Shown in pieces: positions 49,011 to 57,600 of a DNA stretch of 64,000 bases. Position 1 is the first letter of the stretch. Each line of letters opens with the position of its first letter. Made by a program: the position numbers and the translations under genes. The notes beneath the pieces are model-generated. The model searched no databases. It was not told the origin of the DNA and was given only the letters and a program-made list of their open reading frames with translations. This stretch comes from Candidatus Gottesmanbacteria bacterium UBA5942 (GTDB lineage Bacteria; Patescibacteriota; Microgenomatia; UBA10105; UBA927): the NCBI GenBank assembly GCA_002430725.1, contig DJCU01000008.1:393-64392 (forward strand). The letters run 5' to 3'.

Positions 49011-51001
49011 TGGGGAAGTATTGTTGGAATTGCGATAATGTCAGGCGCGCGCAGCCCGGGTTCGATGAGATCGGTAAGATCGGATACCGCATTCCTGCAT
49101 CCTATTTTTGCATACGCATTTTGTTCGCATACCGCGAGCGCAGCATTTGCCCTCGCTTCATCCTTGTACCAGAAATAATACGCGCTGGCGAGTTCAAGGT
49201 GATAGAAACCCCATTCGGGAGCGATATTGCGCGCAGTTTCCCATAGGAGAGTAGTGCCTGCTATGTCTTTTTGTACTCTATATACCGAAAGCCCTAAGAA
49301 AAAATAAAATTTTGCTTTACCATCCGTTCCTTCGAGGTGATCAAGCACTGAATAAAGCGCGCCAGTGTTCGTGTAGCGAGAAAACGCATCACTTTGAAGA
49401 TACGGACAGAGTTTGTCCGGTAATAGTGCATGGTCTGATTGAGAAAATTTGCATATTGTGACGCCAATGTGATCTTTTTCATTATTATTCATTAATAGCA
49501 TGAGATATTCTTTGAGATATCCATTGTTATACGGGTGATAGGTGAGTGCTTTCTCATAGTATTTTTTAGCAGCAAGAGAACCGTCTGAATGAGCGAGGGC
49601 GTAATATATATCAGGATCCTGATCATACCACCCAAGAATGATGGGAGTAATTTTTTTCGTTTCTTGAGGGGTAGCTTCATTGATCGCTCGTAAGATATTG
49701 TTTTTGAAATACGGGGCAATCCGAATTGATTGGGTGAGAGTGAGGTTGCCCGAGAATAGGTGTACAGTCGCATAGCTGATTACAAAAGCCGCTAATAGAA
49801 GACAAACAATGATAGACACTATCTCTCTTAACTTTTGCGTTGCTCGTGTCGTATGCGGGATTACATGACCGCTCATTGCCCAGAATAACATCCACATAGA
49901 GAGATTGTTGAGGGCTGTTTCTATTGTGCTGTAGCCAAGAAGGAGTATGCTCGCCCAAGCAAGCGCAACGTGTGACATATTTTTTGATGTTTGTGAGACA
50001 GAAAGTAAAGAAAAAAAGACGGTGCTAAATAGTATTGCGATGGGAAGTGAGCCGATGATACCGTTTTCTGCTAGCGTTTCAAAAGGGAGTGAGTGAGTAT
50101 AGCTCGTGTACGTGTCTTGTGATATCGCATACTGTCGGGAGATAAGATGAAACGTACCAGGCCCATGTCCTAGTATTGGCCTGTCTTGTAGTGCGTTTAT
50201 CGCATCCTCTATATAGGAAAACCGTAATGAATGATTGCTTTCTTTGAGAAAAAAGCGAAGTTGCGGATACCCGCTTGTTAGCTCTAGTTTTTGTTCGTAT
50301 GGTAATAACGACAGCCAAAACATGGCGGAAAAAGAGGTGATACATATTCCGAGTAGCACAAAGGTAAAAAACTGATGAGAGAAGTGTTTTATTTGCGTGG
50401 CGCGAAATATAAAAAATGCTGTTGCAACAATCCAAGATCCTCTTGCCGCACTGAGGATAAGCGCAATAAATACAAGAAGGTTTTGCATATACATTTTGAT
50501 TGTTTTTGGGTGGGCGAGTAGCAGCATTACAGGGAGTAGGGCGATCAGGAGGTATGCGACAGGATGGTGTCCGCTTGTCGCAAGTATTCCGTTATATACA
50601 GGAAGATACTGTGAAAAAACAGGGAATATGAGGAGCAGGAGAAAAATAATGAGTATCGCATTTCCTGCGGTACGTAATCCGTGAGTAAATGTGGGCGTGC
50701 TTTTGTGGTACGAGCGGTCATCTATAGCAAGGAAAAATATGACTGATCCTTCGATAAATCGAACAATAGAAACAAGTGAACTTGCAATACTTCGTGAATT
50801 CGCGGCCGTTATAAGGAATGCAAGTATTGTTGCACCCCACAGCAGTAGTAATGTGCGGGGTAGTACGAAAGCTTTTTTGTTGGTAACTATGCGAAAACCT
50901 ACAAGAAAAAGTAGCGCGATTGCCCAATAAAATTCAAGGAAAAGTGTTTTATCGTGAGGCAAGAAAAATGAAAGAAAGAAGAAAACGAAAAAGGGGCTCA
51001 T
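49007..51001 (-). CDS. O-antigen ligase-like protein with C-terminal TPR-like region (candidate protein O-oligosaccharyltransferase)
   Basis: SAARGSW, R......A....PILGHGPGTF, YTHSLPFETLAENGIIG; TPR-like YYEKALTYHPYN and WETARNIAPEW. Confidence 0.8.
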   Translation of the reverse strand: MSPFFVFFFLSFFLPHDKTLFLEFYWAIALLFLVGFRIVTNKKAFVLPRTLLLLWGATILAFLITAANSRSIASSLVSIVRFIEGSVIFFLAIDDRSYHKSTPTFTHGLRTAGNAILIIFLLLLIFPVFSQYLPVYNGILATSGHHPVAYLLIALLPVMLLLAHPKTIKMYMQNLLVFIALILSAARGSWIVATAFFIFRATQIKHFSHQFFTFVLLGICITSFSAMFWLSLLPYEQKLELTSGYPQLRFFLKESNHSLRFSYIEDAINALQDRPILGHGPGTFHLISRQYAISQDTYTSYTHSLPFETLAENGIIGSLPIAILFSTVFFSLLSVSQTSKNMSHVALAWASILLLGYSTIETALNNLSMWMLFWAMSGHVIPHTTRATQKLREIVSIIVCLLLAAFVISYATVHLFSGNLTLTQSIRIAPYFKNNILRAINEATPQETKKITPIILGWYDQDPDIYYALAHSDGSLAAKKYYEKALTYHPYNNGYLKEYLMLLMNNNEKDHIGVTICKFSQSDHALLPDKLCPYLQSDAFSRYTNTGALYSVLDHLEGTDGKAKFYFFLGLSVYRVQKDIAGTTLLWETARNIAPEWGFYHLELASAYYFWYKDEARANAALAVCEQNAYAKIGCRNAVSDLTDLIEPGLRAPDIIAIPTILPQ

Positions 51002-51108
51002 AGTGATCGAATTATGATAATTATGTGCGTAGTGTACCATAAGTGAGTGTGTGTCTCATTGTGTTTGTCTTGTTGTTTTGCCATACTAGTTGACGAAAGG
51101 TATTTGTG

Positions 51109-51831
51109 ATGAAACGGATGTTGTCTGCCCATCTCGTAAAGTTATCCCGCCGATCACCTCAGGCAGGATGGACACTTGCGGAGCTACTCATAGTAGTTGT
51201 CATTATCGCAATCCTTGCGATTATGTTTTTATTGATAAATTGGAAGCGAAATGTTTTTCGTGCGCAGGATGCACAGCGAAAAACTGATGTTGCTAATATA
51301 CGGCGTGCATTTGAGGAGTACTACAATGACAACAATTGTTATCCCTCTGTTGAGGTGCTCAATAATTGCGAAGGAAATGAACTAAGTCCGTATTTAGAAA
51401 AAATTCCCTGCGATCCCACGACACAGGAGCCATACTTATATCAACCTGACAGTGAAACAAATGTGTGTTTAGGAAATCGTGTGTGTACGAAGCTACAAGA
51501 TTGGGCTGATCCCGATATTACAACCCTTGGTTGTCACGCAGAGGAAGGGTGCGGATGGGGCGCGTATTGGAATTACTGCCTTGCGACTGGCACTACCGTA
51601 ACAGCTCCTGGATTTATTCCTGGCACGACGCCAACACCATCGTTAACTCCTACGCCTGCGTATGATGGGCCGTATGCTTGTCGTCCGGGCACGTTGTCGG
51701 GTGGTCAAGTTGTTAGCTCAGGGACATGTAATAATGTTGGTGATCCAGCTTCTTATGGATGTCCACGATCATTTGCAGAGTCTGATTGTCAGGGGTTATG
51801 CGGAAGCGTCAGTTATTGGTGTGCGCAATAA
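51109..51831 (+). CDS. Type IV pilin/GspG-like protein with PT linker and Cys-rich C-terminal domain
   Basis: AG|WTLAELLIVVVIIAILA, D..RK.D...I..A.E.YYND...YP, P.DP, TPTPSLTPTP. Confidence 0.85.
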   Translation: MKRMLSAHLVKLSRRSPQAGWTLAELLIVVVIIAILAIMFLLINWKRNVFRAQDAQRKTDVANIRRAFEEYYNDNNCYPSVEVLNNCEGNELSPYLEKIPCDPTTQEPYLYQPDSETNVCLGNRVCTKLQDWADPDITTLGCHAEEGCGWGAYWNYCLATGTTVTAPGFIPGTTPTPSLTPTPAYDGPYACRPGTLSGGQVVSSGTCNNVGDPASYGCPRSFAESDCQGLCGSVSYWCAQ

Positions 51832-51859
51832 CATGATAATTGGTTATACTATAAAAGAT

Positions 51860-52381
51860 ATGATGAAAAAATTTCGTAACCGCGAAGGGTTTACCCTCAT
51901 GGAGCTTCTGATTGTTATGGTGATATTGTCAGTGCTTGTGGCTATCGCAACAGGTACATACGCATCAAGCTCACGTAGAGGTCGCGACAATCGGAGAAAA
52001 AATGACTTGCGTAATATTACGACCGCTCTCGAGACGTATTATAGTGATAAAGGTCGATATCCTTCCAGTAATGCCGCAGGTGAGATGGTGGGCTGTTGTG
52101 CGAGCCCAGGATGCGGTGATATTCAGGTGTGTAGTTGGGGTGGGCAATTCAAAGACACCAACGGAACACTGTATATGGTGCTTATTCCAGAAGACCCATT
52201 AAGTAGTCAGACATATTATTATCAGGCAGGAACTGATACGTACAGAATTTATGCTAAACTAGAAAATACACTGGATGAAGGTGATTATGTGAACCAGTCA
52301 GGGTACTCGGGTACTGATTGTTCAGTTGATAGTACGGTAGCATGCACGTATGGCATAAGTAGCGGCAATACAACTCCCTAA
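51860..52381 (+). CDS. Type IV pilin/GspG-like protein
   Basis: EG|FTLMELLIVMVILSVL, RD..RK.DL....ALE.YY.D...YP, PEDP, YAKLEN. TATACT 9 nt upstream. Confidence 0.9.
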   Translation: MMKKFRNREGFTLMELLIVMVILSVLVAIATGTYASSSRRGRDNRRKNDLRNITTALETYYSDKGRYPSSNAAGEMVGCCASPGCGDIQVCSWGGQFKDTNGTLYMVLIPEDPLSSQTYYYQAGTDTYRIYAKLENTLDEGDYVNQSGYSGTDCSVDSTVACTYGISSGNTTP

Positions 52382-52392
52382 ATATATCAAAC

Positions 52393-52935
52393 ATGAAATC
52401 AATGATGCTTAATAGTAAACAAAGTAACAAACCATACGGTTTTAGCCTCATAGAATTGTTAGTGGCCATCGCGGTGATTGCGACCATTATTGGGCTTGCC
52501 TTGCCAAACTTCTTGGGAGCGAGAACTCGGGCAAGAGATGCGCGAAGGAAAGGTGAGTTGAGCCAGTTAAAAACAGCGGTGCAACTTTATTACAATGACT
52601 ACAAAGTATTTCCTCCGGCAGCCAATGGCACAGGGGTAACAAATTATATAGCTGGTTGCGGTACTGATGGTGAAACACTTTGTCCTGCTGGGTGTAGTGT
52701 TGATTTTGCCGCGGGTGCGACTACCGGATGCGATACAGTATATATGACAAATTTTCCGGGAGAGTTGGGGACAGGCATGTCGTATTATTCAAGTAGCGCA
52801 GATTTTTGTATCAAAGTGTCATTAGAAAACGTATCTGATGGAGACATAACGTCTTCGCAGGGTCGCTGCAGCGCTGCGTGTGTGAGGGCAGGAAGTGTGT
52901 TGTCCGGAGCAGATTACGCGGTGTGTTCAGAATAA
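52393..52935 (+). CDS. Type IV pilin/GspG-like protein
   Basis: YG|FSLIELLVAIAVIATI, RARDARRK.EL...AVQLYYND, LEN..D. Confidence 0.9.
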   Translation: MKSMMLNSKQSNKPYGFSLIELLVAIAVIATIIGLALPNFLGARTRARDARRKGELSQLKTAVQLYYNDYKVFPPAANGTGVTNYIAGCGTDGETLCPAGCSVDFAAGATTGCDTVYMTNFPGELGTGMSYYSSSADFCIKVSLENVSDGDITSSQGRCSAACVRAGSVLSGADYAVCSE

Positions 52936-52984
52936 TACTCTAAGCATGTAAAGGAGGGGGGCGTTTATTCCGTACTAATGTACG

Positions 52985-53012
52985 TGAGGCAGCATCATTA
53001 CTACTGCCCTCA
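52985..53012. terminator. Possible hairpin between convergent genes
   Basis: tgaggcag...ctgccctca imperfect stem; no clear U-tract. Confidence 0.3.
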
Positions 53013-53168
53013 TCGCTTCTTCTACGTACTCCATATGTGACTCACCACTAGCTTAACGTACGTGTTTGTAAGTCTTTTGCTTCGTATAGTGAATGCCTAT
53101 GCCATGAAAGGGGTACATGATTATGCACATCGAACATAGGTAACTTCACTCGGGAATAAGTGGTTGTA

Positions 53169-54011
53169 TTAGCGGCACGTTTGGGTAAGCGCTGCGGTGG
53201 TTACCGATGTAGAGCAGTTTGCCACTGCCGGATCTCTACACGTAAGGTTGGTGACGGTATAGCGGGTAGCTGAAACATTGCAATCGGGGATGGTGGTGAG
53301 CCATCCTGTATTTGCCGGATCCTGATTAGTTGAGCCTGATACGCCAGCCTGATAGCTTGCATATCCACTTCCATTAGTACAAGCGGTGCAGGTATAGAGA
53401 CGAGTGTATGCCTTGGTTTCGACTCCATCACAGTTCCAGTCATTGTCGAGGCTTGCATTGATAACATTGGTAAATGAACCGGGAAGATACGATGTTTGTC
53501 CGGGTTTCGCGTTGGCATTGCCATCAGAGCAGTCGGGGGTTGTTGATGTCAGTTTGTTTTTTCGGATATATCCAGTTCCACCGGTTGTGTTACACGCATT
53601 AGGGTTTACGGCATATGTATCACCATCACCGTCATAGACATAGCATTTTGTGTTTGCCCGTATGGTGACATTGCTTTGACTTGCAACAATTATACCGGTC
53701 CCTTCCTGCCCCTGTGTTTCTGGAGTAGAGATACTACCGATAAAAAGTGTGGTAGGCGTTTCAGTTGCGCCACCATTTAATGTCACAGTGACACCTGCCG
53801 GTACGGTAAGTGTTGTACCATTTGTCGCATCATCTGCGCCGACTGAGTAGTCGTATGCTTCAGTTGATTGACCATCAATGCCGCAGGTGGTTGCGGTAAT
53901 TGCTCCGCTTCCCAAAGTCCAATTACACGCTGCTGATACGTGGCCTGCAGTTATATGCAATGATACAAGAAAAAGAACTATTGCACTGATTGTATACGTC
54001 ATTTTTTTCAT
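53169..54011 (-). CDS. Secreted Cys/Thr-rich protein with a putative metal-binding motif (MopE-like)
   Basis: Signal peptide (VSA|A); CYVYDGDGDTYA...DCSDGNANAKPG...DNDWNCDG. Confidence 0.7.
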   Translation of the reverse strand: MKKMTYTISAIVLFLVSLHITAGHVSAACNWTLGSGAITATTCGIDGQSTEAYDYSVGADDATNGTTLTVPAGVTVTLNGGATETPTTLFIGSISTPETQGQEGTGIIVASQSNVTIRANTKCYVYDGDGDTYAVNPNACNTTGGTGYIRKNKLTSTTPDCSDGNANAKPGQTSYLPGSFTNVINASLDNDWNCDGVETKAYTRLYTCTACTNGSGYASYQAGVSGSTNQDPANTGWLTTIPDCNVSATRYTVTNLTCRDPAVANCSTSVTTAALTQTCR

Positions 54012-54565
54012 TTTCTTTCCCTTATAGTAATCGGTATGCTTGTTTCACCTCTATCAGATGTTGCGACTACTGTCGGAATATAGTTATAAAGATATGATTC
54101 CGGAATAACCCATCGTCCTTCCCATATACCACCTAAATCTGTTCCACTTATTCGAGTAAGTTTTACCGGTGTTGTTTTGGTATCAGTACGTACATTTACT
54201 TGCGCGGATGTAACCGGAGAGGTATCTGATATTTTGACAGTAATAATCTGTGTTCCACCAATTGCCGGATCAAGTGGGTCAAAGCTGACCTCGGATATCG
54301 AAGGCCCCGTGCTGCCACCACCACCGACAGAGTAAGTATCTTTACCATGGATTAATTTGGTTGGCGTTGGTGTCGGTGTTGGGATTGGTGTGGGCTCGCC
54401 CTGAGATAGTTCCTGCGTTTGCGTTTCTTGTTGAAGGGTAGATTTATTTTCTATCCAGTACCATGCAAAAGCGGTGGCGCCGATAATAACTGCGATAGCA
54501 ATAATTGCTGAGGTAACTTGACCGTTAGTAGCCTTTTTCGAAGATGATTTCATGGCAGGAAACAC
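54008..54565 (-). CDS. Membrane-anchored protein with PT linker and Ig-like domain
   Basis: One TM, PTPIPTPTPTPT, GPSISEVSFDP...ITVKISD...G.WEG.W. Confidence 0.7.
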   Translation of the reverse strand: MFPAMKSSSKKATNGQVTSAIIAIAVIIGATAFAWYWIENKSTLQQETQTQELSQGEPTPIPTPTPTPTKLIHGKDTYSVGGGGSTGPSISEVSFDPLDPAIGGTQIITVKISDTSPVTSAQVNVRTDTKTTPVKLTRISGTDLGGIWEGRWVIPESYLYNYIPTVVATSDRGETSIPITIRERK

Positions 54566-54578
54566 TCAATACTTTTTA

Positions 54579-54607
54579 AGTACATCACTGTGGAGTGTGT
54601 TTGTCAA
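54579..54607 (-). promoter_or_regulatory. Putative promoter TTGACA-N17-TGTACT
   Basis: Plus strand tgtcaa 54602-54607 and agtaca 54579-54584. Confidence 0.55.
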
Positions 54608-54611
54608 TAGA

Positions 54612-57600
54612 TTAATTTATGTTTATCCCTTCTAGATTGATACCCTCGAGATTAAAATTGGTAGTTCCATCCGTTGTTGTGAATGAAAAGGGAGTGCCCT
54701 GGGTAGGAGACCACGTGTTTGTGCCCGCTGGATCAATACTGTAGCTACGCCAATAATATGTGGTGCTCACCGTAAGCGGTGTCTGGATAGTGTAGGTTGC
54801 TTGAGTGCCTGATGTATAAGCAGTGCTGGTTTGTGTATTTTGACCGCTCCAGCCAGTTTGCGAGCTGGTTTGATCAAAAGTTTGGCAGTTAGCGGTCATG
54901 CCAACGTTGGTGCATAGCTCAATTTTGTAGCGGAGGTAATCGCCATCTGCGTCTGTTCCTGTTGTTTTGAGATTAAGGGTAAGCGTTCGATTTGTTGCTT
55001 CGTCAGTAGGACTGTCTAACGTTGGGGCTGCTTGTGCTGCGTTCATGGTAAATGATGCGGTTTCCGATGACCATTCTCCTTCAGTGTTGTCGTCATCCCA
55101 AAATGCGAACCGGACATAATAGGTCGTTCCTTGTGACAGTGCACTTCCGGCATAGGAAATATCTGCGCATCGGTTGCCAGCAGTGCAATCGGTAATACTG
55201 GTTCCCGAAGCACCCGAATCCCATAAGACTGATGAAAAATTACTGTTGTCATCGACCTGTATGCGGTATTTGTTCGCGATGTCACCGCTGTCGGTGTCTA
55301 CATATATCGCGGAAAATTCAGGAGTTGTATCGATGACCCCTGTCGGATTTGTTGCCCCTTCAGTAAGAATAGTTGTCGGCACTGACGGTGCGACATTGGT
55401 GCGGTAGTCGAGGGTTACCGATGTTAGTTGTGAAGAAACTGCTTCATCGGAAGAGTGGAGGATAGCGCGGTACTGAAAGTAACGGTTGCCAGTTGAACTG
55501 GTGATCGTGGAATTGCCAGGGGTGGTGAGATAATCACCTGCGCTGCGTAGATCATCTATCCAGATAGTGCGACCCTCCGTATTGTCAGTAAGCCTCAATG
55601 TCATCAGTGTTGTTGCATTGAGGTGTGATACAAGCGGCTCGGTAATATTCCAGTATTCGCGTTGCCACTTAAATACCGATGCGTTTGCGGTAAATCCACC
55701 AGAGGGGAAGGTGCTTCCCGTGTCCCACGATGCGACAGTTGTAGCTCCGGTGCTTGTTGTCATTGCTGTTACTGTACCCTGTGCGATGTACTCAGTGCCG
55801 TCATAGTTTTCGCGGACGATGACTTTGTCACCGAGATAGAGTCCGCTTCCTTTACTCGTGAGACCGTAGCTTGTTGCATCAACAGTGAAGCTGGTATCAT
55901 CGCTGTCAGCAATCAGGTTTCCGCTATCTAGAAGAGCTGCAAAATCGATGGTAATGGGATGTGTTCGTAGTCCCGCTTCGTACGCTTGACGGATTTCATC
56001 TGCGGAGCGGGCAACATTGCTTAATCGTACTTCATCGATATTGCCCGACCAATTTTGGGAGATGCCGTCATAGGTACCGATATAGGTCGTATTACTATTG
56101 GTTGCCATGGTAGCAGGTGCCCCAGTGCCGGATTTGACGAGAACACCATTAATATAGATGTAGTAGGAGGTGCCGGACTTTACCCATGCGACATGACTCC
56201 ATTGATTAAGGGGGAGCGCACCACCGGTAACATCGGATATTGTCCATGCGGCTCCTGATCCAATATAGAACGATACTTGAGCGCCATACTGACCCACATA
56301 GAGAACGTGTTGTTTACTGAATACCCGATAGTGAGTTGAAGCCGCTTGTGCAGTTGGGTATACCCATGCGTCTGCGGTCATATCCGTAAGGTTGTCGACT
56401 TGCGTGATAGATCCGAGGTTTATACTATCGTATGCGCCATTAAATGCTTTTGCGCCTCCGATTTTCCCTGCAGTATGAGTGACTCCCACCGTTATTGCGT
56501 TTCGGTTGTTTCCTGTGGCATCCTGGAGCGAATACGCGGGGATGACGGAAATTTCTTCGAATGTGCCGGTGTGCTGATATTGGGCTACCTGGACGCGCAT
56601 CGGGGTATTGGAAACAGACGAATCAGCGGCAAGAAGCGTTGTCCAGTTGGTGTACGCGCCGCCTCGGATAGAATAGCTTGCGGTGTTAGCGGTGGTGAGG
56701 GTTATTTTAATCTCATATCGAGTATTTGCGGCATAACCGGAACCGTATGGTCCTCCGGTTTGAGCTCCATTTTGGTAGACATAGAACGATCCCGCGTTAA
56801 AATACAACGCGTGGTTTATATTCGTATAAGAGGGTGTTGCAGTTGTGTCTGTCGCAAAGCCGATCATCATGTGGTTGGGGGCAGCGACACTTGCACCGGT
56901 AAGAAACCGGGCATAAATTGTCTGACCTATTGTTCTGGTGTACCGCGCCTGAGACACTATTGCAGAATCCCATGCCGCAGCTGCACCTGCAGTGAGGACA
57001 ATACCGTTATTTTGGGCGATTTTGTTTGCATTGGGATCGGTTTCCGCCCATTTTTGGGCATTAATCGTTGTGCCGGGAAATGTATCATCAGCAATCGGAT
57101 GTTGCTCGTCCAGGTGCCATAAAGCGACTGTATTGTTATCGGGCTGATAGTTTGCAAATCCGGATTCGCCCATGGTAGCAGACATATATGTGCCAGGTTT
57201 GTCTGCAGCAATTGCAAACGGGAGACTCGTTTTGGTGGAAAGGTCGGTAGACGATAGAGTTGTAGATATTGTGTGATCGCGTCCTGCCCGGTATGCTTCG
57301 GCGGCTTCCAGAGCGGTTCCTGCGACATTTCGTATCACCACTTCATCGATTCTGCCGTCAAAAAAGAGTTCCGATGCATAGTTGCTGGCACCGATTTTGA
57401 GGGTGGTCGTCGTGTTTTGTACGTTCGTAAAAGATGTGCTTGCGAATTGACCCTCCAGTCGACCGTTGACATAGAGGTAACACGTATCGCTCGTGTCGAA
57501 CGTGGCATAGATATGAGTCCAAGTACCGGCATTTGGGAGAAAACCTGCGTCACAGCTAATTTGGTTATTGGAAGCATCCCGTACGGCAAATCGGATTCCT

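Noticed and set aside
41729-51001. LPS O-antigen locus
   Set aside because: No lipid A, core, Wzz or Lpt genes seen. Wzy_C proteins also act in protein glycosylation and other polymers, so LPS is not supported from this window.
52936-53168. ncRNA or tRNA in the largest intergenic gap
   Set aside because: No cloverleaf or recognisable family motif; only a weak hairpin and a few tacgt words. An Infernal/Rfam search would be needed.
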